Part shown: piece by piece, positions 18,172-27,455 of the stretch
Numbering within the stretch: the first letter of the stretch is position 1
How the letters are laid out: each line of letters begins with the position of its first letter
Origin: Ignavibacteriales bacterium
GTDB lineage: Bacteria > Bacteroidota > Ignavibacteria > UBA10030
Direction of reading: 5' to 3'
Length of the DNA stretch: 64,000 bases
Assembly (NCBI GenBank): GCA_026390585.1
Contig: JAPLFP010000358.1
Coordinates: forward strand, 17,659-81,658
Notes under the pieces: model-generated
Told to the model about the DNA's origin: nothing
The model's input: only the letters and a program-made list of their open reading frames with translations
Databases searched by the model: none
Made by a program: the position numbers and the translations under genes

Positions 18172-20448
18172 CTATTGAGTCCTCGCCGGCAAGGTTTGGC
18201 GGAACCTGTCGACGTGCAGACCGATCTTGTCAAAAGGAATTGGTTTGAACCCGAGCGCCACGGCAGGAGACGAATCTTTCAGCCGAAAATCCAGGCGCTG
18301 CAAACTCACAAATCCCGGGTCTGCCGAGAGAAATGTATTTCCTTTGAACTCCTGCTTGATTGCTTTGTCGGCATTTGTAAGGAGTACATAGCCATCTTTT
18401 GTATCAATATCCAGATAGTACGGGTCCCATCCCGTTTTCTCCTTTTCCAGCCGGCGGCAGATAAGGGAATCGGCAATCACATTGTCTTTCATGGTGACGA
18501 TGGAAAAGTCGAAAGAATTGGCATCATAGATATCAAGCCATCGTCCCCCAGAGGAAATGTTACGGATGATCTTGTTCCCCTTGGGGAGAGCGGGATTTCC
18601 TTCATCCAGCGTCAGGAGCTCAGGGTATCGCGCGCTGTATGGCGCCTCACGATACTTGTATTCCTTTAATTGCTCGAACATCATTGGCTGGGTTCCATCA
18701 AAAAAATACCCCGCCCAGCTGAGTCCACGGGCATCCACGTGAACAGAGGGAAGGCAGTCTATGAAAATATTGTTCTCAATCGTGTTGTCGCGCCCGCCAC
18801 CAATCATCGCTGATCGGCCGGACTTATAGAATACGTTTCCGAACACCGTGAACCCGCTTGCCCAATCGTCAAGATACACCGCCATCACTCCGTGGAGGCC
18901 GGGTCCGAGGAGGTGGTGAAAATAGTTATAGCGAATGACGTTGCCTCTCCAGGTCCAGTCGCGGCCCGTATGGAAAGCTCCAGCGTCTCCGGTTTCCTGG
19001 CAAACACGATACACTTCGTTGAATTCAATCAAATGATCGTTCCCCCGCAAGGTAATGGCCTCGTGGGGTGCATCGTGGATGAGATTATGCTGAACCCGCT
19101 GTCCCACCCCCTCGAGCAGAAGAGCATACTGCCCTGTTCTCATCCATGAGCTGTAATGATGAATGTGATTGTTCACCGCAAAATTCCCAGCGGGCACAAG
19201 AACCTTCCGATCCCCACCCTTCAGCCGTATTGCACCAAGGGAGAGTTCATAGAGATCACAACTCTGAATACCGTTGTCGCTTCCACCATCGATGACCACG
19301 GCATCGTTTCCCAGGAAACGAAATATGCACCCGGCGATAAGATTGTGGCTTCCTCCGGTGATCGTGACACCGTTCGACCTGCTGCGCTCGAAGATGAATC
19401 CGGAAAGCGTAAAAAAGGATGTGTTCTCAAGAGAGATCAACGGTTGATCAAGCAGAGAAACCGAAACTGACGCGCTCTCGATCGGTTCTGGCGGCCAAAA
19501 ATAGAGGACCCCGTTCTTTCGGTCAAGATACCACTCGCCCGGCACGTCCAGCTCTTCGAGAATATTCAGGAAGTAGTAACGCTGGTTCTTTGTGTAACCG
19601 TACCAATGATGCGGCTCTTGAAGTGTAATCTCTTTTGCTACCGTATCAATCGACTGCACTTTTTGGTATGAATCACTCCAGTCCCATGTCCAGTATCCAT
19701 GCATATAGATTTCGTTGTTACCAGACCATCGTTTTGGCCGGTCGCCATCGTAGGTGATTCGCCCGTAGTGTCTGCCAACAGGCACGCCGTCGTATCGCTT
19801 CTCCCGATCCAGTCCTTTATTGAAAAGCCGGCTTCCTGTCTGTGGAACATCCGCGATATGAAGCCACTCCGTGTTTGGCCAGCGGGCAAGCGTCATGCGG
19901 TTTCCCTTGAAGAACAGTTCCATCCCGGGATTTCCGCGCTGTAAAATCTCGCCAAAGTCTGAAATTCCTTGATCCCGGAGATTGGTCACGAGGATCTTCC
20001 CGCGGCCCCGCGCGTCTAATCTTTTCAGCACAGCCGGATCGGTGACCGGATGAAACCCTGTCACCTCTTTGCTTCCGACAAGTGTTGCCAATTCCCCCGG
20101 GGAGACTGTCCACTCGACGGGAGCATCGATCGTCCCTGAATCTTCTGCGGAGAATCGCAGCGTTCGGGAGAATGTATACGTTCCCTCCCGGAAAACCGCA
20201 TTTACCCCGTCGCGCGGGAATGCTCCCCTCTTTTTCATTTCACGGACGGCGTCGCGGGCACGCTCGGGAGTAGCGAACGGCCCATCGGTAAGATTTCTGT
20301 TTGCAGAAGCCAGCGTCCCGGACCAGGAGTCATCTCCAACAGGAGAAACGTAGAGAATCGCAGGCTTGGTTTGTGCAGAGAGCATAGAAAGGAATGTGGC
20401 AATCGCCAGGATTGTGGCGAGGAAGCAGGCAAGTGGACGGATGTTCAA
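18172..20448 (-). CDS. secreted right-handed parallel beta-helix repeat protein (pectate-lyase fold; possible polysaccharide-active enzyme)
   Basis: 758 aa. Signal peptide MNIRPLACFLATILAIATFLSMLSAQ. Repeated beta-helix turns (NGVTITGGSHNLIAGCIF, NDAVVIDGGSDNGIQSCDL, HNLIHDAPHEAITLRGNDHLIEFNEV). Confidence 0.7.
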   Translation of the reverse strand: MNIRPLACFLATILAIATFLSMLSAQTKPAILYVSPVGDDSWSGTLASANRNLTDGPFATPERARDAVREMKKRGAFPRDGVNAVFREGTYTFSRTLRFSAEDSGTIDAPVEWTVSPGELATLVGSKEVTGFHPVTDPAVLKRLDARGRGKILVTNLRDQGISDFGEILQRGNPGMELFFKGNRMTLARWPNTEWLHIADVPQTGSRLFNKGLDREKRYDGVPVGRHYGRITYDGDRPKRWSGNNEIYMHGYWTWDWSDSYQKVQSIDTVAKEITLQEPHHWYGYTKNQRYYFLNILEELDVPGEWYLDRKNGVLYFWPPEPIESASVSVSLLDQPLISLENTSFFTLSGFIFERSRSNGVTITGGSHNLIAGCIFRFLGNDAVVIDGGSDNGIQSCDLYELSLGAIRLKGGDRKVLVPAGNFAVNNHIHHYSSWMRTGQYALLLEGVGQRVQHNLIHDAPHEAITLRGNDHLIEFNEVYRVCQETGDAGAFHTGRDWTWRGNVIRYNYFHHLLGPGLHGVMAVYLDDWASGFTVFGNVFYKSGRSAMIGGGRDNTIENNIFIDCLPSVHVDARGLSWAGYFFDGTQPMMFEQLKEYKYREAPYSARYPELLTLDEGNPALPKGNKIIRNISSGGRWLDIYDANSFDFSIVTMKDNVIADSLICRRLEKEKTGWDPYYLDIDTKDGYVLLTNADKAIKQEFKGNTFLSADPGFVSLQRLDFRLKDSSPAVALGFKPIPFDKIGLHVDRFRQTLPARTQ

Positions 20449-20641
20449 AAAAACCTCCCCGGGGAATTGTGCTGTGACGCTGCGTGGTTGTGAAGCGAAT
20501 GTACAAGTTCTTGTGTGAGAGATGCAAGCGGAGGGAAGTCGATATTGAGAATAGGACGTGCTTCAGGCTACTGGTAAAAGAGGCACCATCCGGACTGTTG
20601 GCCGCCGTTCACGAAAAATCCCAGACTGTTGAACGCGACCC

Positions 20642-22159
20642 CTACTGGAGTTTAAACCACTCTCGAATGGTTTGTTGCAGCTTGGCGTCGCCTGACTTGT
20701 GTTGGTACTCGTTTGTATGTGAGTCGTAGTTGTACTCCTGCGCCCACTTGTCAGCATTCCGCCCGGTTTCTCGCAATGCGTCAATGATGTAAACAACCTC
20801 TTCCTCTGTTGTGGTCGGGTGAACGGAAAGTCGCACCCACCCCGGTTTTGTGGAGAGGTCCCCATCGCTGATTTTGTTGGTAATCAGTTTTGAAGTGTAT
20901 TGGTCGACATGGAGCAGATAGTGACCGTACGTTCCAGCACATGAACAGCCGCCTCGAACTTGAATACCATACCTGTCGTTGAGTAGCTTGCCGATCAGAT
21001 TGTAGTGTAATCCCTCGAAATAGAAGGAAAGAATGCCGAGGCGTTTCTCTATAGTATCCGCCAAGATCGTCAGCCCCGGAATTTCCCGCATTCCGTGGAA
21101 AAGCCTCTTTACAAGCTGTTCTTCTCGAAGCAGCATCTTCTCGGAGCCCATCTGCTCCTTGAGCTCAATTGCGAGTGCTGCCCTGATTGCCTGAAGAAAC
21201 CCCGGCGTACCCCCGTCCTCACGTTCTTCAATGTCTGGTTTGTATTTATACTCTCCCCAGGGATTCGTCCAAAGGACCGTCCCACCTCCAGGCTGCTCAG
21301 GAGAGCGGAGATGGTACAAATTTGAGTCGAAGATCAACACCCCCGAGCCCCCGGGTCCACCAAGAAACTTGTGTGGGGAAAAGAAGATGGCATCGAGTTT
21401 TTCAGTTGGATCTGCAGGGTGCATGTTGATTGGCACATACGGAGCGGATGCTGCGAAATCGACGAAGGCCAGTCCTCCGTGCTCGTGCATGATCTTCGCC
21501 AAGGCATAATAAGGAGTCTGAATGCCAGTCACGTTTGAACAGGCGGTGAACGAGCCGATCTTCAACTTGCGGTTTCGATGCTCGTTCAGGAGCGCCCTGA
21601 GATCATCGATGTCCACGAGCCCCTCGCTGGTGGGTTTGATCACGCAAACGTCAGCGAGCGTCTCGTACCACGAAGTGTGATTGGAATGATGCTCCATGTG
21701 AGTGACGAACACAACGGGCTTCACCTCAGGCGGCAAGGAAACATACGGATCGATCTGTTCGGGAACCTTCAATCCGAGCATCCGCTGAAGTTTGCAGACA
21801 GCGGCCGTCATCCCAAAACCGGAGAATAGCAGCACATCGCTCGGTCCCGCGTTCACATGTTTCTTGATAATCTGATGAGCGAGGCGGTACGCCTGGGTCA
21901 TCGACGTGCCGGTCACGTTCGTTTCCGTGTGGGTGTTGCCGAGGAATGGTCCAAACACATCACGCATCTTACCTTCGATCGGGTCGTACAGGCGCCCGCT
22001 GGCGGTCCAATCGGCGTAGATAATCTGCTTCTTACCGTACGGCGTTTGGAAAGGCTGATGATAGCCGACCGTATTACGGCGGAATGGCTCGAAGTATTCC
22101 TCAAGTTCCATCGCTGTGCGTTTAGATGTTGGCTCCATCATTTCAGTAACTCCCCGCAT
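20642..22159 (-). CDS. aminotransferase class V-fold PLP-dependent enzyme (cysteine desulfurase-like)
   Basis: 505 aa. YADWTASGRLY near the N-terminus and the PLP-lysine context FFSPHKFLGGPGGSGVL. Confidence 0.8.
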   Translation of the reverse strand: MRGVTEMMEPTSKRTAMELEEYFEPFRRNTVGYHQPFQTPYGKKQIIYADWTASGRLYDPIEGKMRDVFGPFLGNTHTETNVTGTSMTQAYRLAHQIIKKHVNAGPSDVLLFSGFGMTAAVCKLQRMLGLKVPEQIDPYVSLPPEVKPVVFVTHMEHHSNHTSWYETLADVCVIKPTSEGLVDIDDLRALLNEHRNRKLKIGSFTACSNVTGIQTPYYALAKIMHEHGGLAFVDFAASAPYVPINMHPADPTEKLDAIFFSPHKFLGGPGGSGVLIFDSNLYHLRSPEQPGGGTVLWTNPWGEYKYKPDIEEREDGGTPGFLQAIRAALAIELKEQMGSEKMLLREEQLVKRLFHGMREIPGLTILADTIEKRLGILSFYFEGLHYNLIGKLLNDRYGIQVRGGCSCAGTYGHYLLHVDQYTSKLITNKISDGDLSTKPGWVRLSVHPTTTEEEVVYIIDALRETGRNADKWAQEYNYDSHTNEYQHKSGDAKLQQTIREWFKLQ

Positions 22160-22214
22160 GTCTTCAACTCGTGAATGTCAGGATCCATACCCTGACACCT
22201 CCCCTGCAAAATGA

Positions 22215-22365
22215 AGCGCGAAATCCTAATATCGAAATCCGAAACCCTAAATCTCAAATCCGCTTCTTGGATCCCGCTTAATAGCGGATTCCGGAAGCGG
22301 GACAAATACAAAACTCAGAACTCAAAACGAAGCTTTGCTTTGAGGCTTCTGATGTAGAATTACAG
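22215..22365. repeat. heptad-periodic intergenic element (copy 2) with interleaved hairpin pair
   Basis: cctaaatctcaaa (22246..22258) is identical to 11871..11883. cgaaatccgaaac (22233..22245) is the reverse complement of 11951..11963. ctttgaggcttct (22338..22350) matches 11919..11931 at 12/13. Confidence 0.75.
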
Positions 22366-22378
22366 GTCTTCCCGGTGT

Positions 22379-23167
22379 TTACTTCGTCGTCGGTGCGCGA
22401 TGCACAAGCGTTGTGGATGCTTGATTGGTCGGGAGTATGATTATCTCCGCTATCTGTACGTGCGGCGGCCGCGACGCGCAATAGAGAACAGCATCCGCGA
22501 CGTCGGCTCCGGTCAGTGGAGAGAGATTCTGGTAGACTGTTTTCGCCCGCTGTTCATTGCCTCGGAAGCGCACGGAGCTGAATTCTGTTTCAACGAGGCC
22601 CGGATCAACAGTGCAGACACGGATCGGTGTGTCAACAAGGTCGTGGCGCAAGCCCCGCGTCAAAGCATCGACGGCAAATTTCGTTGCACAGTAGACATTC
22701 CCGCCGGGATAGACCTCGTGGCCGGCTATGGAGCCGATGTTGATGACGGTTCCCTTTCCCCGCGCCACCATGCCGGGAATAACGGCACGGCTCACATACA
22801 GCAACCCCTTGATGTTCGTATCGATCATTTCTTCCCAGTCTTCCAGTTTTCCCTCGTGTAGCTTATCGAGTCCGCGGCTCAGTCCTGCATTGTTCACAAG
22901 CACGTCGATGTCCTTCCAGTTTGCCGGAAGGTCACGGACCGCCTTTTCCACCGCCGGCTGATTCCTCACGTCGAGCTGAATGGTGAACACCTCGGTGTCA
23001 TGGACCCGATTGAGTTCCTGCGCGAGAGCTTCGATGCGCTCTTTGCGACGCGCCGCAATGACGAGCCGAGCATCGTGACGGGCGAATGCGTAAGCACACG
23101 CAAGGCCGATGCCGCTGCTCGCGCCGGTAATGAACACTGTTTTCTGAGAGAGATCGATCAACGGCAT
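22379..23167 (-). CDS. SDR family NAD(P)-dependent oxidoreductase (YdfG / serine 3-dehydrogenase-like)
   Basis: TGASSGIG cofactor motif, NNAG, catalytic YCATKFAV (YxxxK). Confidence 0.9.
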   Translation of the reverse strand: MPLIDLSQKTVFITGASSGIGLACAYAFARHDARLVIAARRKERIEALAQELNRVHDTEVFTIQLDVRNQPAVEKAVRDLPANWKDIDVLVNNAGLSRGLDKLHEGKLEDWEEMIDTNIKGLLYVSRAVIPGMVARGKGTVINIGSIAGHEVYPGGNVYCATKFAVDALTRGLRHDLVDTPIRVCTVDPGLVETEFSSVRFRGNEQRAKTVYQNLSPLTGADVADAVLYCASRPPHVQIAEIIILPTNQASTTLVHRAPTTK

Positions 23168-23230
23168 AGGATCCGAAGAGATTGTGGAATAGTCTGTGAG
23201 CTCAAGCGATGCTGTCGCATCTGATGTTCC

Positions 23231-24487
23231 TTAGCCTCCAATAATTCCGGAGATCAATAACACAGCGCTGAGGATGATAAGCACAATGGACGTCGTCCAT
23301 CCGATCACATTCTGATAGCGCTTGTTTATGTACTCTCCCATGATCTCTGTCTTGTTGATGATCACCATCATGCAGATGAGCACCACGGGGAGGAGAATGG
23401 CGTTCAAGACCTGCGTCCAAATTGTAATGGCGATCAAGGGAGCGTTCGGAAGCAGAATGATGCCGACAGCGATCAACATCGTGAATGTAAACAATGCATA
23501 AAATTGAGGGGCGTCGGAGAACTTCTTGTCAATGCCGGCCTCGAACCCAAATGCCTCGCAGATGAAAAAGGCGGTTGCCAACGGCAAAATGGCAGCAGAG
23601 AACACCGAGGCTACGAACAAACCGAACGCAAAGACCTGGGAAGCAAGGACTCCGGCAAACGGCTTCAGCGACATGGCGGCGTCCTTTGCCTCGATAATCT
23701 GTATGTTGTTGACGTGGAGCGTCGCGGCGCACGAAACAATAATAAAGAACGCAACAACAACAGTGATCACGCAACCGACGACAACATCCCATACCGTGTA
23801 CTTATAATCAGCAATCTTGATTCCCTTTTCGATAACGGAGGATTGCATATAGAACTGCATCCATGGGGCCACCGTCGTTCCCACCAATCCCAGCACTGTG
23901 GTGATGTAAGGGGTATCCCACTGAACGGTGGGTGCCAGCATCGCTTTTCCGATCTCACCCCAATTCGGTTTGGCTAGAACCGCCGATATGATATAGGAAA
24001 GAAGGAACACACTGAACAAGAGAAAGATCTTCTCGGAGATCTTGTAATTTCCCTTGACCACAAGAACCCAGACAGCGATGGCAGCGAGTGGCACGGAGAT
24101 GTTCTTGTCGACATTGAAAACCATCAGGCTTCCCGCAACACCCGCAAACTCCGTCGCGGTATTGCCGATGTCTGCGATCAACAGTAAGACAAAAATGTAG
24201 AAGGTAATGCGAACACCAAAGTTTTCGCGGATAAGATCGGCCAATCCCTTGCCAGTGACGATCCCCATGCGTGCATTCATCTCTTGTACCGTCAGTAGCG
24301 CGATGAACGATGGCAGAAGCGTCCAGAGTAATCGATATCCATAGTTTGCTCCGGCAACCGAGTATGTGGTGATTCCGCCAGCGTCATTGTCGACGCTCCC
24401 CGTGATGATGCCCGGTCCCAGCACGCTGAGAAAAATCAGCAGGTTGCGGAACATCGGCCGCTCTTTCATTCTTTGGAGGAAGGTCAT
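23231..24487 (-). CDS. Nramp-fold transporter with NRMT-type (Mg2+-transporter-like) binding-site residues
   Basis: 418 aa, about 11 TM helices. TM1 LGPGIITGSVDNDAGGITTY, where canonical DPGN reads D35-A-G-G38. TM6 GLVGTTVAPWMQF, where canonical A-x-x-M-P-H reads T204-T-V-A207-P-W. Confidence 0.8.
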   Translation of the reverse strand: MTFLQRMKERPMFRNLLIFLSVLGPGIITGSVDNDAGGITTYSVAGANYGYRLLWTLLPSFIALLTVQEMNARMGIVTGKGLADLIRENFGVRITFYIFVLLLIADIGNTATEFAGVAGSLMVFNVDKNISVPLAAIAVWVLVVKGNYKISEKIFLLFSVFLLSYIISAVLAKPNWGEIGKAMLAPTVQWDTPYITTVLGLVGTTVAPWMQFYMQSSVIEKGIKIADYKYTVWDVVVGCVITVVVAFFIIVSCAATLHVNNIQIIEAKDAAMSLKPFAGVLASQVFAFGLFVASVFSAAILPLATAFFICEAFGFEAGIDKKFSDAPQFYALFTFTMLIAVGIILLPNAPLIAITIWTQVLNAILLPVVLICMMVIINKTEIMGEYINKRYQNVIGWTTSIVLIILSAVLLISGIIGG

Positions 24488-24488
24488 A

Positions 24489-25790
24489 TTATCCCTCGGC
24501 CGCCTGTTTTACCTTGGGGAACACTGCGTCGAGCGTGTCACCGATAGTGATGAAACCCTGAAGCTTGTCATTGTCGTCAACGACAGGAATAGCATCGAAC
24601 TTGTACTTGAAGAAGAGTTGTGCCATTTTCTTGATGCTGGAATCAACCCGCACCGAGACGATATTTCCCCGCATGATCGTGGCGATAGGCGTTGTTCCCT
24701 TTGTCGAAAGCAACTGCCGCAGCGTGACGAGTCCTTTGAGCCGCTCCTCCTCATCGATAACGTAAATGTAGTAGAGAAGCTCCGCTCGTTTCGTCTCCTC
24801 CTTCACGATCTTCATCACTTCCCGGACGGTCTGTGTTTCCCTGACAGTGACGAAGTTGGTATTCATAATACTCCCAACACCGGAAGCGGACATTCTGGAA
24901 AGTTCATGAATCTCGTCAACCCGTTCTTGGGTCAGAAGGGCAAAAACCGCCTCACGTTTTTCCGCGAGAATTTCGTCCAGCAAATCGACGGTCTCATCCA
25001 TCTCCATTTCCGTTATGATGCTCGCGAGGTGGTCGTTGTCCAGCGATTCCGCAAGCTGGACGCGAAGATTCATCGGCATCTCCTGAAGTGTTGCAGCGGC
25101 GATGGCGGGGCTGATCGACTCAAGAAGCGACGTTCGTTCATCGGTGCCGAGGTCTTCGAGGATGTCCGCAAGATCGGCAGGGAGAATGGAAGACAACTTC
25201 GAAGAGTCCGGCCTTAAGACGACAGAGCCGTTGACGTTGGTAGCAGTCGTCGGTTGTACGTTTTTCCATGTCAAGAACTTATCGTTGATCTCGCGCGCAA
25301 AGAACCAGTTGAAAATGGGATTGATCACGTTCAGCCAGCCGAGTCGCCGCAGCAACCCTTTGAAACCGATATCGATGTGCACAAGCCAGAGATTGGGGTT
25401 TTCCTTTGAGGAATTGTCAATGAGCAATTGCAAATCGTTCACGCGAACCAGCTTATAGCCTGACGTAGATATGATCTGCTTGTCGAGAAAGGTCTTTTTC
25501 AGCAGAATCTCATTCTCGATTGACTCTGAGGTGGTCTGATCGACTTCAACTGGATAATCGACCGTGACATGCTTTTTGAAGACCGTCAGCCGCACGTGAT
25601 TCCATGGAATGTACACAGGGTCCAGTGAATCCTTCATGAGAGCGATGATGGCTGTGATTTTTGGATAGACGTGACTTGTGCGCGCGGCAAGGTCAACAAT
25701 CCTACCTATTTTCACTCCGCTTGTGGCGTTGAAGATCGGCAGATGCAAGATCTCGGACAGATAGATGAAATTGAAATTGTCGCCGCTCAT
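24489..25790 (-). CDS. soluble PRC-barrel / MgtE-N-domain / CBS-pair protein (MgtE cytosolic module without membrane domain)
   Basis: 433 aa with no hydrophobic helices. PRC-like segments (LHLPIFNATSGVKIGRIVDLAA; FLDKQIISTSGYKLVRVNDLQLLID). MgtE_N-like LPADLADILEDLGTDERTSLLESISPAIAAATLQEM...MDETVDLLDEI. Two CBS repeats at the C-terminus. The TAA stop (24491..24489) lies 1 nt before the Nramp ATG (24487). Confidence 0.8.
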   Translation of the reverse strand: MSGDNFNFIYLSEILHLPIFNATSGVKIGRIVDLAARTSHVYPKITAIIALMKDSLDPVYIPWNHVRLTVFKKHVTVDYPVEVDQTTSESIENEILLKKTFLDKQIISTSGYKLVRVNDLQLLIDNSSKENPNLWLVHIDIGFKGLLRRLGWLNVINPIFNWFFAREINDKFLTWKNVQPTTATNVNGSVVLRPDSSKLSSILPADLADILEDLGTDERTSLLESISPAIAAATLQEMPMNLRVQLAESLDNDHLASIITEMEMDETVDLLDEILAEKREAVFALLTQERVDEIHELSRMSASGVGSIMNTNFVTVRETQTVREVMKIVKEETKRAELLYYIYVIDEEERLKGLVTLRQLLSTKGTTPIATIMRGNIVSVRVDSSIKKMAQLFFKYKFDAIPVVDDNDKLQGFITIGDTLDAVFPKVKQAAEG

Positions 25791-25987
25791 GGAATGGCCT
25801 TTGAATCCCTGAAGTTGCTGGAAGATACCACGAAAGATCGAAAAAGTCTATGAATTCCCGGGAGAAGGTGCCGGAAAACTCACTGGACTCGGGGAGGACA
25901 TGCAACACTCGGGGTTGCAGAGAGCCGCGCGCTCTTCACTCCGTCAGGATGGTTTGCATCGACCTGTGGCAGCGCGGTCGGATGGTT

Positions 25988-27133
25988 CTAGAGCCTGCCG
26001 CGAAGAATTTTCCAGCGGTCGATAACCTCGTCGCCGCGAACAACGGAGTAGTGGTCGAAGTTTGCAGCCGTCAGGCAGGAATGGTGTTCGAGGACCCGGA
26101 TCTTGTCTCCGATCTTGAAGTTGTCAGCAATGGTTCGGGGGTTTGAGATCAGCACTTTCCCGTGCTCCTGGGAGAGGATTTTCATATGCACGTGGGGATG
26201 AAGGCGCTTGCGTTCATAATCCTCAAACACGATACCAATGTCCATGTCGTTGCTGATATGAGTTGGGCCGAGGTCTTTCGAAAGAGCGAGAGCCCCAGAA
26301 TCGGTAATAAAGTACGAAGCACCGGCTTGATGCGAAACGACCGTCGCCATGATACTGAGCGCACAATCAGAGACACCGCACATTCCGAGCATCACTTGGG
26401 TATAATCATAAAAAGCATAGTTTCCGGGCCGCATTTCGCTGACACCTTCAAGGTTTTCAATGACCGACATGGTAGGTGTTGAGCCAACACTGATCATGGG
26501 AACCTTGTAACCGCGGACTCTCATCCGCTCGGCGAATTCCACCACCACATTCCGCTCCTGCTCGGCCACCGCTAGAACCTCGTCGCGGTTGTGGGCCTCG
26601 TACGAATGCCCGGCGTGAGTGAGAATGCCATCGAAAATAATATTTCTGCAGTCATTCAGCACGCGGATGAGCTGCTCAGCGAACGGAGACTTCGGGTCAA
26701 CGCCTGCACGGTGGTAGCCGCAATCGACTTTCAGCCAAACGTGGAAACGCTCGTTGCCTGACCGTTCGATAGCCTCCAAACGGTCAACCATTTCCATGCT
26801 GTCGATAACGAGACGAACCGTAGCTTTCTCGTTGAGTTCGACAACACGATCGACGTGCGCCGGAACGAGAGGAAATGCCCACGTAATGTCGTTGAACCCT
26901 GCAGCAATAAATTGTTCAAGCTCGTAGACAGTCGAAACCGTAATGCCGCGTGCACCCAACTCCAATTGATGATTCGCAATCTCGATGCATTTGTGTGTCT
27001 TGATATGAGGCCGCAGCGTGACACCAAGCGAGTTGGCGCGATCCTGCATCCTTGTGAGATTTCGTTCGAGAATCCCATGGTCGATAAGGATTGCCGGAGT
27101 CACCAAATCATAGATCGATGTGGGTGTTCGCAT
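25988..27133 (-). CDS. DSD1-family PLP enzyme (D-serine dehydratase / D-threonine aldolase-like, alanine racemase N-terminal fold)
   Basis: Start placed at ATG 27133 (MRTPTSIYDLVTPAILIDHGILERNL). PLP-lysine context LRPHIKTHKCIEIA. The 61 codons upstream in the ORF track (to 27316) look non-coding. Confidence 0.75.
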   Translation of the reverse strand: MRTPTSIYDLVTPAILIDHGILERNLTRMQDRANSLGVTLRPHIKTHKCIEIANHQLELGARGITVSTVYELEQFIAAGFNDITWAFPLVPAHVDRVVELNEKATVRLVIDSMEMVDRLEAIERSGNERFHVWLKVDCGYHRAGVDPKSPFAEQLIRVLNDCRNIIFDGILTHAGHSYEAHNRDEVLAVAEQERNVVVEFAERMRVRGYKVPMISVGSTPTMSVIENLEGVSEMRPGNYAFYDYTQVMLGMCGVSDCALSIMATVVSHQAGASYFITDSGALALSKDLGPTHISNDMDIGIVFEDYERKRLHPHVHMKILSQEHGKVLISNPRTIADNFKIGDKIRVLEHHSCLTAANFDHYSVVRGDEVIDRWKILRGRL

Positions 27134-27400
27134 AGGGTTTGATGCGTGAAGGCCTCGCCCGCGGCGCGGCCTTGATACCAACAACATGTGCAGAAATGCT
27201 CGCCAATCCCTCTGGCGACACAAGTCTGTGATTACGTCCTCATCACCAAGATGGCAGAACCCGGCGACAACGTTGATGGCGAGCGCACACACGCATGGAG
27301 AGTGCTGGCAAACCACACGTTAGCCGGGGAGGGCGCCTCTGGTAGGCAGAATGTAATGTTCCTTCGGTAGAAGGGCAAGGCGGGGGTCGTCGCAATTGAG

Positions 27401-27430
27401 CAAAAACAAGGTCGCCTCCGCGGCGACCTT
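27401..27430 (-). terminator. rho-independent terminator after the pilin-like operon
   Basis: aaggtcgcc (27408..27416), tccgc, ggcgacctt (27422..27430): a 9-bp stem. On the minus strand it is followed by GTTTTTG (27407..27401), 26 nt after the stop at 27456. Confidence 0.6.
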
Positions 27431-27455
27431 TGGGGATGAGCTAAAAAGGAGAATG

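Noticed and set aside
24366-25217. 283-aa plus-strand ORF antisense to the MgtE-N/CBS gene. Similar long antisense ORFs occur at 12781..13443, 33256..33981, 44068..44844, 52998..53768, 55397..56155, 59880..60809 and 63437..63982.
   Set aside because: Each is completely covered by an opposite-strand or alternative-frame gene with strong family motifs. Their translations are low-complexity (Arg/Ser/Pro-rich) with no motifs. These are typical shadow ORFs.
25791-25987. Possible Mg2+ (M-box) riboswitch upstream of the MgtE-N/CBS-NRMT pair
   Set aside because: I read the minus strand and did not find the conserved M-box core strings as I recall them (GGUGAGG-type and AGUGCUAAA-type segments). Only small generic hairpins are present. 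It could still be checked with a covariance-model search.
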